Assembly: GCA_964513075.1 (NCBI GenBank)
Contig: CAZELR010000008.1
Coordinates: forward strand, 23,876 to 87,875
DNA length: 64,000 nt
Reading direction: 5' to 3'
Source: an uncultured Anaerolineales bacterium
Lineage (GTDB): Bacteria > Chloroflexota > Anaerolineae > CG2-30-64-16
The notes under the pieces are model-generated. The model was not told where the DNA came from, ran no database searches, and was given only the letters and a program-made list of their open reading frames with translations. The translations under genes and the position numbers were made by a program. Below, in pieces: positions 1 through 11,094 of the stretch (its first letter is position 1; every line of letters begins with the position of its first letter).

Positions 1-430
1 CTTCGGGCTTGCAATCGAACTCGTTCTCGCATTCGACCTTGAACGAGAAGTCCACCGCAGACAGGAGCGGATCGAAACCATCAGGCCGGCCCGGATCGGT
101 GGCCGAACGGGTCAGGCGAAGGGTGTAGGTCGAGAAGTCACCCGGCTGGTCGACCTCAACCACGAGCACCAACGGATCGGACGCATCGACTGCGGCTTTA
201 AGCGCATGCACATCCCGGATGCGATCGCCGCCCTCGACGCGTATATTTCCTTCCGTAAGCGCGGCCACCCCGTCAGCCTTTAGAAAATGGACGAACAGGG
301 TGCGCTGACGCCCGGCCAAGGGCAGCTCTGGCCCATCGTGCACTTCGAGGAAGTCGATCCCGTTGAGCCCGGCCTTCTTCCGAACGGCCGCCCGGCGCTT
401 CTCATCGCAGCAAAAGTAAACCGTGCTCAT
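1..430 (-). CDS. Baseplate J-like (gp6/Afp11-like) protein, 3'-truncated by the window edge
   Basis: Reverse-strand ORF starting at ATG 428-430 (MSTVYFCCDEKRRAAVRKKAGLNGIDFLEV...) with no stop before position 1. Its ATG overlaps the gp25 stop (ATGA). The N-terminal CC-D-E-RRR motif resembles eCIS baseplate-J family N-termini. It is absent from the ORF track only because it has no stop. Confidence 0.5.
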   Translation of the reverse strand, partial: MSTVYFCCDEKRRAAVRKKAGLNGIDFLEVHDGPELPLAGRQRTLFVHFLKADGVAALTEGNIRVEGGDRIRDVHALKAAVDASDPLVLVVEVDQPGDFSTYTLRLTRSATDPGRPDGFDPLLSAVDFSFKVECENEFDCKPE

Positions 431-777
431 CGCGCAAACTCCGCAAGCTGGCGTTGTCCCGTCCGCTTGACCACATACTGCACTGCCACCCGCAACTGGC
501 TCTCGAACGCCTCCACCTGCACCCCTTCGACCGCGATAACATCGCCGAGCCACTGCTGGAGGCTGCCCTGGACGATGAATTGGGTGGCCGCGGCCAGCTC
601 GGTGCTGTTGGGCGCAAACACCAGGCTCAACAAGCCGCAGCCGAAGTCGGGGCGATTCACCCGTTCGCCCGGCGAGGTGAAGAGCACCTGCTCGATCATG
701 TCGCGGATGTGCGGGTCAGTCTCGGTGGCTGCGGTGCGGCCACGGCCGTCAATCTGATACGGATAATCGAGTTGCAT
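427..777 (-). CDS. Baseplate wedge protein, GPW/gp25 family (Afp9-like)
   Basis: 116 aa with the IEQVLFTSPGERVNRPDFGCGL motif typical of gp25/GPW lysozyme-like baseplate proteins. Confidence 0.8.
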   Translation of the reverse strand: MQLDYPYQIDGRGRTAATETDPHIRDMIEQVLFTSPGERVNRPDFGCGLLSLVFAPNSTELAAATQFIVQGSLQQWLGDVIAVEGVQVEAFESQLRVAVQYVVKRTGQRQLAEFAR

Positions 778-780
778 GGC

Positions 781-1101
781 TCACATCCCCGTTACGCGCA
801 TCTGCGCGGCGACGATCATCAACGGCATGCCGTTAGGCGCGCAGATCGCCTGGCTGTCCATCAGCAGCAGCGGCTGGCCGTTCGAGGTGACCCGCGTCGC
901 CGCGGAGACCCACTGCGCCGTGATGCATGGGCTGGGTGCGCCGCCAGCGTTGAAGACGCAGCCGGCCACCACGTATGGCGCAGCCATCGTCACCGTGGGC
1001 ATGCCGCCCACCAGCACCCGCGGGTTCGGCACAGTCGGTTGGGCCTGGCCGGCGTGCGCACACAATACGGTGGCGCCGACGTGAAGCAATGGACCTGGCA
1101 T
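781..1101 (-). CDS. PAAR-like (DUF4280) spike-tip protein
   Basis: 106 aa with a conserved Cys/Gly pattern (VLCAHAGQAQP, GCVFNAGGAPSPC, SQAICAPNGMPLMIV) matching DUF4280 PAAR-like proteins. It sits next to the spike gene. Confidence 0.7.
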   Translation of the reverse strand: MPGPLLHVGATVLCAHAGQAQPTVPNPRVLVGGMPTVTMAAPYVVAGCVFNAGGAPSPCITAQWVSAATRVTSNGQPLLLMDSQAICAPNGMPLMIVAAQMRVTGM

Positions 1102-1102
1102 A

Positions 1103-1621
1103 TCACACCACCACCAGCGCGCCCTGGTTGATCGTCACCGTGGGTCCGACCATCATGATGGACGCGCCCTTGCCGTTCTGGATATAGATGCCGCTGTCGT
1201 TCACAACGATCATCGCGCCGGTCAGGGTCTTCAGCACGATCCCCCCACTGACCGGGGTCGGCGCGGAGTCGCTGAGCAGCAGCGTGTTCTGGGCCGTGGT
1301 CTGCAAGACAACGTTCTGGCCCGGCGGCATCGCGGGCGGCACCAGGGCCAGCGCGGGCACCTCGGCCATGGATCCCCAAAATCCGCCCACCCAGATCGGA
1401 TAGTCAGGATCGCCGCGCTCGAACTCGACCCACACCCCGGACCCGATCGGCGGCGTCATGAACGCGCCCGCCTGCACGCCTGCATACGGCACGCACGGCA
1501 TCGCCCAAGTGGCTGGGATCAGATTGACATCCGAAACGCTGACCTGGATGCGCCCGATCTGCAGCGGATCGATGTTATTGACCACCGTCCCGCGGTACTT
1601 GCCATAGAATTTCTCGTTCAT
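1103..1621 (-). CDS. Baseplate spike protein, gpV/Gp5 N-terminal OB-fold family (VgrG-like, Afp8-like)
   Basis: 172 aa starting YRGTVVNNIDPLQIGRIQVSV..., the canonical phage baseplate assembly protein V motif. Confidence 0.75.
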   Translation of the reverse strand: MNEKFYGKYRGTVVNNIDPLQIGRIQVSVSDVNLIPATWAMPCVPYAGVQAGAFMTPPIGSGVWVEFERGDPDYPIWVGGFWGSMAEVPALALVPPAMPPGQNVVLQTTAQNTLLLSDSAPTPVSGGIVLKTLTGAMIVVNDSGIYIQNGKGASIMMVGPTVTINQGALVVV

Positions 1622-1641
1622 AGGTTTGTCCTATAACTCTC

Positions 1642-2772
1642 TCATGCCGGCACAACCGGCACGGTCGAAATCAGCCCGTTCCGCACCAACGTAAAACTCT
1701 GCTTGTACTCCCCGCGCTTGATCGTGTGCGTCACGCCCTTGACGTAGTACAGTCCATCGAACGCCGTGCCCGCGCCGCGCACGCCCACAAGCTGCCGTGC
1801 CTTGAGCACCCGGCCGTAGCGCAGCACATCCAGCGACCCGCTGCCGGTCACCGCATCGGATGAACGCGAGGCCCGTGTCAGCCCGAACACGGCCGCCCGG
1901 ATCGGCGACAGGTGCGCCGTGTCATGCAGCGGCTCGATATTCTTCGGTATAGGCGGCACCAGGCCCAGCGGCGGGTTGAGCAGCGACACGTCCGGAATCG
2001 GGATCGGAATCGGCGCCTTGGTCAGTTGGTTGTGGATGAACACCACCGGCAGCGTCGCCCGCTCATTGCTGAAGGTAAAGCTGAGTGACTCCACGTTGGT
2101 CAGCGCGTCCATGTTGTAGTTGAGCGCCGGCTGCGGCAGACCGACCCGCACCTCGGGCCCCCAATATGCGACGCTCATGCCTGGCAGCGGGCCAAAATTC
2201 AGATAGAAACTGTAGCCCACCTCTTCAGCCAGTTGCTTAATGTATGGCAGGTCCTTCCCGCGGTGGGCCGGGATACGCTCCACCGGAATCGGCACATCCA
2301 TCAGCACCGGCGGGATCACCATCGGCACAATCCCGAAGACCGCGTACTTGGCCAGGATCAACGCCACGCGGGCGAACTCGGGCATGGCCGGATAAGGGAT
2401 GCCGCTGAAATCGATGGCATCCATCACCGCAGTCAGGTCTTTGCCCTTGATCCGCAAGCTGAAGTGATCGGGATCGCTACCCGGCCCCACTTCGTGCTGG
2501 GTCATCACGCCATCCATAAGCACTTCCGGCGTCCCGTTGACCGTGGCCGCGATCACCACGCGCACCAGCGGGATAGAAGCGCCGCCGGAGAGCAGAAAGA
2601 CCGTCTGCAGCGGTGAGTTCTTGCCCAGGTCGAAGCTCAGCTCGAAGCCGCTGGTCGTCTCGCCCGAGGTCGTCATGACCTGGATTTCGGTCAACGCGTC
2701 CAGCATTTCCTGCGGCGCCGGCGCCGGCACCGCCGGCCCGATCATCAACGTGAGGTTGATACCCTTGAGCAT
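1642..2772 (-). CDS. Phage late-control gpD-like / baseplate hub protein
   Basis: Probable start MLKGINLTLMIGPAVPAPAP (an internal Met of the table ORF). This N-terminus is typical of tail/eCIS gpD-family proteins. It lies between the LysM-like and spike genes. Confidence 0.55.
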   Translation of the reverse strand: MLKGINLTLMIGPAVPAPAPQEMLDALTEIQVMTTSGETTSGFELSFDLGKNSPLQTVFLLSGGASIPLVRVVIAATVNGTPEVLMDGVMTQHEVGPGSDPDHFSLRIKGKDLTAVMDAIDFSGIPYPAMPEFARVALILAKYAVFGIVPMVIPPVLMDVPIPVERIPAHRGKDLPYIKQLAEEVGYSFYLNFGPLPGMSVAYWGPEVRVGLPQPALNYNMDALTNVESLSFTFSNERATLPVVFIHNQLTKAPIPIPIPDVSLLNPPLGLVPPIPKNIEPLHDTAHLSPIRAAVFGLTRASRSSDAVTGSGSLDVLRYGRVLKARQLVGVRGAGTAFDGLYYVKGVTHTIKRGEYKQSFTLVRNGLISTVPVVPA

Positions 2773-2779
2773 AATCGGC

Positions 2780-3169
2780 CTACGCTCCCGCGCCCGGTAT
2801 CCCCGCCGGCAGGGTAATCCGCACGACACGGCCCTCCGCCTCCAGCTCCTCCGGGGCCAGCACCGCGTTGGCGTCGCAGATGCGCCAGAACTGCTCAGGA
2901 TCGCCGAGGGCGCGGGCAGCCAGGGTATCCAGCCGGTCGCCCTGGGCCATCACGACCTCCTGCAACAGAGCATACGTCTCGGGTGGGGGAATGAAGCGCC
3001 GGCGCACGTAGGCCACCGGCGTGCCATCCGCTCGCGTGAGCACCGCGATCTCGACGCCGTGATAGCGGCTGGTGGGCGGAAACTGCGGCGCCGCGCCCCC
3101 GGCGCCGCCCAGCAGCGCCTGCAACGCCATGAATGGCGCCGCTGCGTTGGGGTCGACAATTCCACTCAT
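2780..3169 (-). CDS. LysM-like phage tail protein X (gpX) family
   Basis: 129 aa with the C-terminal DRLDTLAARALGDPEQFWRICDANAV LysM-like motif. It overlaps the next gene by 4 bp. Confidence 0.6.
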   Translation of the reverse strand: MSGIVDPNAAAPFMALQALLGGAGGAAPQFPPTSRYHGVEIAVLTRADGTPVAYVRRRFIPPPETYALLQEVVMAQGDRLDTLAARALGDPEQFWRICDANAVLAPEELEAEGRVVRITLPAGIPGAGA

Positions 3170-3816
3170 GGGAGACCTCCCAGTCCAAGGGTACTGAGCG
3201 TCCCGGCACCGCTGCGGGCCGCCAACTGCTCCTTCTGCTGCTGATAGGCCATGTAGAGGCTGCCCCCTTTCCCGCCGAAGCCCAGGTCATCCACGCTGAG
3301 CACGCGCATCCCTACACTCACCTTGGCCCGGATCGGGTTGAGGGCCGGGTCGAATGCCTCTTCGGTGATGCTGAATTCGGTGATGCGGACCGGCACCACC
3401 CGGTTCTTGCTCCAGACGAACAACGTCAGGCTGCCGATCATCGGCGCAATCTCCAGGGTCCCGCCCTGTGCCTTGGCATTGGCCGCCGTGAGCTGCGCCG
3501 TGGTCGGATAGACCAGCGTCTCCAGCGCTGCGAGCTGCGGGTGGATGCCCACCTCGGCCGCCTGCGCGTCCCCTGCAGCCAGCAGGTCGGTCGCGTCGAT
3601 CTCGGCCTCCAGCTTAAGGGTCTCGACCGGCGGCCCTTTCAACCGCAGTGCCTCCGAGCGGTCCGTGCTCTCGCCCGGCGACTTGGGCGCCAGCGAGCGT
3701 GTCAGCGTGTCCGGGTTGTATTGCAGCGCGATGACCCGCCGAACCACGCCGCTGTCCGGGTCGATCAGGACGATGCCGCCTTTCAAGAGGCGGGGGGAGT
3801 TGGTAAAAGTGGTCAT
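3166..3816 (-). CDS. Tail tube-family protein (second tube paralogue or tube initiator)
   Basis: 216 aa. IVLIDPDSGVVRRVIALQYNPDTL resembles the gp19/tube-fold signature. It is translationally coupled to its flanks. Confidence 0.5.
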   Translation of the reverse strand: MTTFTNSPRLLKGGIVLIDPDSGVVRRVIALQYNPDTLTRSLAPKSPGESTDRSEALRLKGPPVETLKLEAEIDATDLLAAGDAQAAEVGIHPQLAALETLVYPTTAQLTAANAKAQGGTLEIAPMIGSLTLFVWSKNRVVPVRITEFSITEEAFDPALNPIRAKVSVGMRVLSVDDLGFGGKGGSLYMAYQQQKEQLAARSGAGTLSTLGLGGLP

Positions 3817-5258
3817 GGCGCACTCACCGCTTCATCTGTGCTTTCTGCCTGGCTTGCCGGCGCACCGGGCGCCGCACCTGGGCCAACGCCCGGATTGGGA
3901 CTCTGGCCCGCCGCAGGTGCGGGCGCAGGTGTCACAATCTGCACCGTTGCCTCGTCGGTGTTCGTATTGCCCCGCACGCTGTCGCGCACCTGCACGGTCA
4001 CGCTGCCGGCCTGGTTCCCTGCCGTGAGCACGCCAGTGCGCGCATCGATGGTGCTGCCGAGCGCCGCTCCCTGGATGCTGAAACGCAGCGCGTGCCCCGC
4101 GGGCAACGTGCCGGGCAAGGTGTCGGCGATGACGGTGGTGCGGCTGAGCGTGCGCGCGTTGGTTGTGGGCGGAATGACGGCCGGCGTGGCGCGCGCCCCG
4201 GTGATGGCCGGCTGCCCCCTATAGGGATCGGTGTGTTCCTCGCCGTTGACGCTCGTGGCAAACTCTAGATCGTTCCCCACGACGCGCAGCGTGCGCACAT
4301 GCGACACGTCGCTGATCTTGTTCCACTGGGCTGCCTGCCGGCAGAACCAGTGAAGCTCTTGGGTGACGCTGAAGCTCACGGGAAGGGTATGCGCCGGTGT
4401 GGGATTGGACGCACTGGTAACGAAATCGCCCGCATTCACCAGCGAACGCTCCAAGGTGACGCTGTCGTGCGTGCCGCCAAGCTCGCCGTTTGTAATGAAC
4501 CAGTTCTGGCCGTTGGCAGGCGCAGCCGGCAGATTCCGCGTAGCCAGAGTGAACAAGCCGAAAGGTGTGGGAAGGGTGTGGCTAGTGCCAGTCGGATTCG
4601 GCAGCGCCGGGAACTGCTCTCCTACCGGCACATTCTCCAGCGAGCTAGTCAAGTTGTCGGCGCTGGTGAAAGCGTGATCGAACAGCGCGCCATAGACGGT
4701 GTTGGCGCTGGACGGCGCACCGGCATCCCGGGTGCGGTTGATGCCGGTGGGGTGGGAGCACAGAACAAGCTCTGCCAAGGCCGTACTGCTCGACCCATCA
4801 GCGAGCGTCTGACTGGCATGCACCTGGATGGTGCCGCCGGTTTGCGTGGCGCCGAAGGTGATAGCTCCCCCTGTGCTGATCCGCGTGCCGTTAGCAACCT
4901 GGGCCGTACCTGCGGCCAGCGACCAGGCCACGGCGCCGGGCAAATTCGCAGGCACTGTGGTGGCCATCACCTGGGTGATGCCGCACAACGGCACTTGCAC
5001 CGCGGTGCTGCCCGTAGTAAAAGCAACACCACTCAATGCCGCCGCGGCGAGCGCTGTCTGCGCTGGCGCGGGCGTCGCTTCCGCGCCTTCTCCCTCAGCC
5101 TGACCATGGCCTGTTGTGAACAGCTTGGCCGGCCGGTTGATGCTCAGTCTGGCCGATGCCAGGCCAGGCGCGGGATGCAGGACAGACGTCGCAGCAGTTT
5201 CAGTCTGTCGAACCAAGCGTGCGGCATGCATGCCGATCGAATGCTGCGCGTGTCCCAT
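3813..5258 (-). CDS. Hypothetical T/S/G-rich protein with a C-terminal Big_2-like Ig domain (tail fibre or cargo candidate)
   Basis: 481 aa of beta-rich low-complexity composition. The C-terminal FSIQGAALGSTIDARTGVLTAGNQAGSVTVQVRD resembles bacterial Ig-like group 2. Confidence 0.45.
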   Translation of the reverse strand: MGHAQHSIGMHAARLVRQTETAATSVLHPAPGLASARLSINRPAKLFTTGHGQAEGEGAEATPAPAQTALAAAALSGVAFTTGSTAVQVPLCGITQVMATTVPANLPGAVAWSLAAGTAQVANGTRISTGGAITFGATQTGGTIQVHASQTLADGSSSTALAELVLCSHPTGINRTRDAGAPSSANTVYGALFDHAFTSADNLTSSLENVPVGEQFPALPNPTGTSHTLPTPFGLFTLATRNLPAAPANGQNWFITNGELGGTHDSVTLERSLVNAGDFVTSASNPTPAHTLPVSFSVTQELHWFCRQAAQWNKISDVSHVRTLRVVGNDLEFATSVNGEEHTDPYRGQPAITGARATPAVIPPTTNARTLSRTTVIADTLPGTLPAGHALRFSIQGAALGSTIDARTGVLTAGNQAGSVTVQVRDSVRGNTNTDEATVQIVTPAPAPAAGQSPNPGVGPGAAPGAPASQAESTDEAVSAP

Positions 5259-5267
5259 CTTGCGTCT

Positions 5268-6134
5268 CTACACTTTCTTAGCCGTCTCTTTGACGGTGTT
5301 TGTTGGGCCGGCCTGGCCGATGCTGCTTTTATCGATGTCAACTTCGTACTTGATGATCGCGGTCTGTCCGTCCCGTAAATGAAGCGGATCGTAGGCCGCC
5401 AGGACGAACTTGGCCGAGTACTTCAGCGGAAAATCCTCGCTTTTGAGATCCTTGCGACACCATCCCGGCGCGTCTGCGATCACCAACTTGTCGTCGGTCG
5501 CCGTCTTGATCTCGTGGACGGGAGGTCCATCATCCCCATTCTTGGTGAAAGTCTGTCCGCGGCCCTCAGCCTTGCGATCCACCAGCCGTTTAGCCGATAA
5601 CTGGCTCGACTTGCCCCGATCCAAGTGGAAATGCACCTGGTGGACGTTGGCTATACTGCCGCCAGTTGTGTCGTTGTAGGGTCCCGGCTTGTTGAGCGTG
5701 AGATCGCACAGATCCTCTTTGGCCGGGTAGCCGCCCACGGCCCCGGTTGGACTAGTGACCAGGGTGATGTTGTCGACGTGTGGGTCGCCACTGCCAACCT
5801 GATATTGGGCCTTGTCACCGGGTGCTGTGACCTGCTCCTCCAGCATCGGTTGATCATTTTCCGCCCCCACCTGCGCTTGGTCGACCGCGGGGGCCGCCGC
5901 TTCCAGCTCCACCGCGGTGGCATCTTGCGGCATCGGCGCGCCACCGGCCCGCGTCACCGGCAGCCGGCCCAGCGCTGCCGCCGCAAGCGATGCTGCGCCG
6001 GGCCGTTCCGTAGCCGTATGCTCAGCTCCGCTGCGATCATGCAGCGAACGAAAGGCCAGGCGGCTGGGTACCAGCGGCTCCGACCGTCGAACCATCGCGA
6101 TCCGCGGCCGCGCCAGTTGCGTGAACTCGCTCAT
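5268..6134 (-). CDS. Hypothetical protein, eCIS cargo/effector candidate
   Basis: 288 aa. An N-terminal Ala/Pro-rich disordered leader of about 100 aa is followed by a roughly 190-aa globular domain with no motif I recognise. Its start overlaps the stop of the upstream small gene (ATGA). Confidence 0.5.
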   Translation of the reverse strand: MSEFTQLARPRIAMVRRSEPLVPSRLAFRSLHDRSGAEHTATERPGAASLAAAALGRLPVTRAGGAPMPQDATAVELEAAAPAVDQAQVGAENDQPMLEEQVTAPGDKAQYQVGSGDPHVDNITLVTSPTGAVGGYPAKEDLCDLTLNKPGPYNDTTGGSIANVHQVHFHLDRGKSSQLSAKRLVDRKAEGRGQTFTKNGDDGPPVHEIKTATDDKLVIADAPGWCRKDLKSEDFPLKYSAKFVLAAYDPLHLRDGQTAIIKYEVDIDKSSIGQAGPTNTVKETAKKV

Positions 6135-6429
6135 GAAACTGACCTTTCCGTCGCACCAGTCGGGCGACTCAGTTGCGTGAGGCCCTGGTGCAACGCCTGA
6201 TAGACTGCCTCTACCGCGCCCACGCCCACGGCCGCACCGGCCGCACCGGGGGCCAATGTAAACCGGCCGGAAGGCGTCAGCTCCACTCCGACGCCGTCAG
6301 CCAAGCCAGCTGGCAGACCGCGTTCGAGAATCAAGCGTGCCAACTCAGTTTCCAACGCGGCGGCAATCGCGTGCCGGTCGCCGGCCGGAAAGCCGTGCAA
6401 CACCAATTCATCGATCTCAATCGTCACGT

Positions 6430-6433
<4 letters not shown>
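6131..6433 (-). CDS. Small hypothetical protein coupled to the AAA+ ATPase
   Basis: 100 aa ORF with 4-bp overlaps at both ends inside the operon. Confidence 0.45.
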
Positions 6434-8243
<1,810 letters not shown>

Positions 8244-8247
<4 letters not shown>

Positions 8248-9548
8248 GTGATCTTCACCTTGGGGCTGGCGAACTTGCCGGTCCCGTCGACGCTCAAAAT
8301 ACTCTCTGCACCGTCCACCTGCACCGTCACCAGGTAATCCCCCGTCTCGACATTGCTGAACGCGAAATCGATGGCCGCGGTTTCGGTCGCAAGGCCGGTG
8401 ATTCCATTATCGCGCGGGGCCGGGAAGCTGTATGAGCGCGCGGGACGATCTTCCGGCGCATCGAGCTCATACAGAAACAGCGTCACCCGCTGGACCTTGC
8501 CCACCGCAGGGGTAAATTTGATATTAAGCGTCCCGGTGGCTGCGGCGACGGACGCCGGCACGGTGACAACCGGGTGCAGGACGAGGGCGGCCGCGTTGGA
8601 CTCGACCCCGCGATGCGGCACGCCAGGGTCCGGCTCGCCCATCAACACCTCCTGCACCACCTGCACGCCCAGCACACCGGCTCGCAAGCCGGCGATTCCC
8701 ACCAGCGGGAAGGTGATGCGGTTTGGCGTGACCGTGAGGCTCGGGGGCGGGACGAATGCCTCTCCCAGCCGCACACGCGTCACTTCGCCCTTCAGGCTGC
8801 TGCCGGCGATTTCAACCGTGCTGGCTGCCGTGATCCGCGGGTCGGCCGGCAGGGGCGCGGTGGAAGCCACGGCCGCGATCTGCGGCCGCACCAACGGCAG
8901 GACGATGCTCTTGTACTTCAACACCGGCAGCGCCGAGCGGGTGGATTTCTGACTCTCGATCAGGACCACCGAGGCACGGTACGTCGCGGTCAGCCGGTAA
9001 TGCGTCTGAAACGCAGCCCAGAGCTTGGACAACTCCTCCGCACCCAGCGCTTCAGGCGTGATCTTCACCTGTTCCACTTGGTCGGCCAAGTCGGCCGCGA
9101 CGAGCGTCATAAACGCAGGGGGAAGCTGTGCGCCGGTGACCGGCGATGGAAGCTCCAACGCCTTGCGGATGGCCTCACGGCTGAGCCCCGGGGTCTCGTG
9201 CAAGACCTGCATCGCATAACCCAGCAGGATCTCGGCTACAAAGTCATCACCCCCATAGGCCGACAGCAGATAATGCAGGTCCAACGCCAGGGGCGGGTTG
9301 GCGATGCGGGCGCCCAACGCGTCCCTGGCTGGCAGCGCGTGATTGCGCCACCCCTGATTTGGCGTCACCTGATACAAAAACAGATTGAGCTGCGGCTGCT
9401 CGTTGGGACCGGTGGCGATCATGTCCGGCGGCTTGGTGGTGACTCGAACAACGCCGACGGCTGCAGCCAAGTCGTGTTGGATCACGCCATTATTCAGCAG
9501 ATCCCGCAGCACCGCAGTGGTTGCGGCGATGGCCAGTGCACTGCTCAT
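8244..9548 (-). CDS. DUF4255 (Pvc16/Afp16-like) tail terminator/cap protein with a C-terminal extension
   Basis: An N-terminal TAVLRDLL...LNLFLYQVTPNQGWRN matches the DUF4255 signature. Confidence 0.7.
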
Positions 9549-10279
9549 GGTTGCCCTCCGCTGTCGCCGCGCCGGCCCTCGGTGCTCAGATAGTCGGCGA
9601 GCGACGTTCGTTTCGCAGCCGGCTGGGAGGAGGTCGCCGCTTTAGGGCCAGGCGCCGGTGCGGCCCGCACCTCGATGCGACCGATATGCACATGGATCGT
9701 GGGCTCCTGCAGCGCCGGCGGTTCAGAGGCAAGCGCCTGCGCCTGATCGCGCGCCCTATATACTGTAATCCTATCCGTACTGCTTGTTTCTACCGCTGGC
9801 CGGACGTCCTTGGGGCGAATGGCTATGCGCACGGAGTCGCGCGGCGCGGCTCCAGCCGGTGACAGCGCCAGGGTGCGCCGTTCGAGCCGATCCCCCAGCG
9901 GCGCCCCATCGCGCACGGTCAGCGCAGGCCGCAGCCGCCCCAGCTGAACCGGCAGGAGCGAGTCGGGGCGTGTCGTCACCTGAAGTGCAGTCCGGGCGGC
10001 AACTTGGGCTCCGGCGGCCGGAGTCAGCTGTGGCGGCTCACCGCGGGCAGACGGAGCTTGTCCGCCTGCCAGACGCCTCCCAGCCTCGTCGACGGCCAAC
10101 TCATCGAAATCGCTCGCGCTACCCAGCGGCGCCACGTATGGCGCTACCACGTCTGTGGCGCCGGCATCACGGGCGCCACGTGTGGCGCGTTGATAGACGA
10201 TCGGCAGCAGAGGCCGGATCGCCGCATCCACGCCCACTGTGCGCCGTGCCAGATCTGCCAGGTAATTCATCGCTGCCAT
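9545..10279 (-). CDS. Hypothetical Ala/Arg/Pro-rich protein with a C-terminal HIGRIEVRA motif (possible tape-measure-like or assembly protein)
   Basis: 244 aa of low complexity. It lies between the tube and cap genes with a 4-bp overlap. Confidence 0.5.
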   Translation of the reverse strand: MAAMNYLADLARRTVGVDAAIRPLLPIVYQRATRGARDAGATDVVAPYVAPLGSASDFDELAVDEAGRRLAGGQAPSARGEPPQLTPAAGAQVAARTALQVTTRPDSLLPVQLGRLRPALTVRDGAPLGDRLERRTLALSPAGAAPRDSVRIAIRPKDVRPAVETSSTDRITVYRARDQAQALASEPPALQEPTIHVHIGRIEVRAAPAPGPKAATSSQPAAKRTSLADYLSTEGRRGDSGGQP

Positions 10280-10286
10280 GAGTGCC

Positions 10287-11084
10287 TCATCCCTGCACCA
10301 TCTCGATATAGCCCTGTCGCCGCGCCGGGGTCAAAGCCAGGATGTCCGCTTCATGCCAACCGTAAGCACGGGCCAGGATATCAACTTCGCGTAACAGTTG
10401 TCTGGCCTGGGCCGCAATCTCCGCCCAGAAGAACCCGGCAATGTCGAACGGCGACTGCCAGCGGTGACCGCAAGCCGGACACGCCAGGTCCAGCAGGATC
10501 TCCGCCTGCGGATCGTGTGCGGCAGCCGTCGCCCCGATCGCAGCGCTCACCTCGGCCGCAATATCCTCGGGAAGCTCAGCGCCCCCAACGGCAACCCCGT
10601 CCAGATTAGCCGCCAACACGCACCGGGTCAGCAGCGCCCGCTCCGCCGCCGCAGCCACAGCCAGATCCCCGACGGCCTCCAGGTCTCCGGCGGCCGGCAG
10701 TCGAAAAGTCACCTGGCTGCCCGGCCGCGACCACTGGAACGAAGCCTTTCCCGCATCCGCGACCTGCGTCTCTTCGGATAGTCGCAGGTCGCGCGTCCGG
10801 GCAGTGAACTCCAACGCCTCGTCGCAGGCCGGGCAGTGTGCGGTCGCCGCCAGTTCCGGGCCGAACGTCCGCTCGCGAGCCTCCAGCAGCAGTGCATCCC
10901 TGCATCCCACCGTCAGCCCGGCCGGCGCGTCCGGGGCCAACTCAGGACACGCTGCAGCCAGGATGGCCAGCCCACGGCCGCCGCTGTTGCGCTGCGCCCC
11001 ACGCTCCCAGACATCGAGAATGTCGTCGCCCGTGAGCGCTCTTACGGGAGTGAACGTCCTCACCGGGGTGAGCGCTTGCATCAT
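10287..11084 (-). CDS. Hypothetical protein with two CPAC motifs (zinc-ribbon-like)
   Basis: The start is moved to the internal MMQALTPV so that it does not overlap the tube gene. It carries C-P-A-C-(x)n-C-P-A-C. Confidence 0.5.
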   Translation of the reverse strand: MMQALTPVRTFTPVRALTGDDILDVWERGAQRNSGGRGLAILAAACPELAPDAPAGLTVGCRDALLLEARERTFGPELAATAHCPACDEALEFTARTRDLRLSEETQVADAGKASFQWSRPGSQVTFRLPAAGDLEAVGDLAVAAAAERALLTRCVLAANLDGVAVGGAELPEDIAAEVSAAIGATAAAHDPQAEILLDLACPACGHRWQSPFDIAGFFWAEIAAQARQLLREVDILARAYGWHEADILALTPARRQGYIEMVQG

Positions 11085-11094
11085 CACAAATCCG

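Noticed and set aside
4299-5378. 359-aa plus-strand ORF, with several other Arg/Gly-rich plus-strand ORFs, across 450-13200
   Set aside because: Their Arg/Pro/Gly-rich low-complexity translation is typical of antisense frames in GC-rich DNA. The minus-strand frames carry clear phage-tail homologies and coupled start/stop overlaps.
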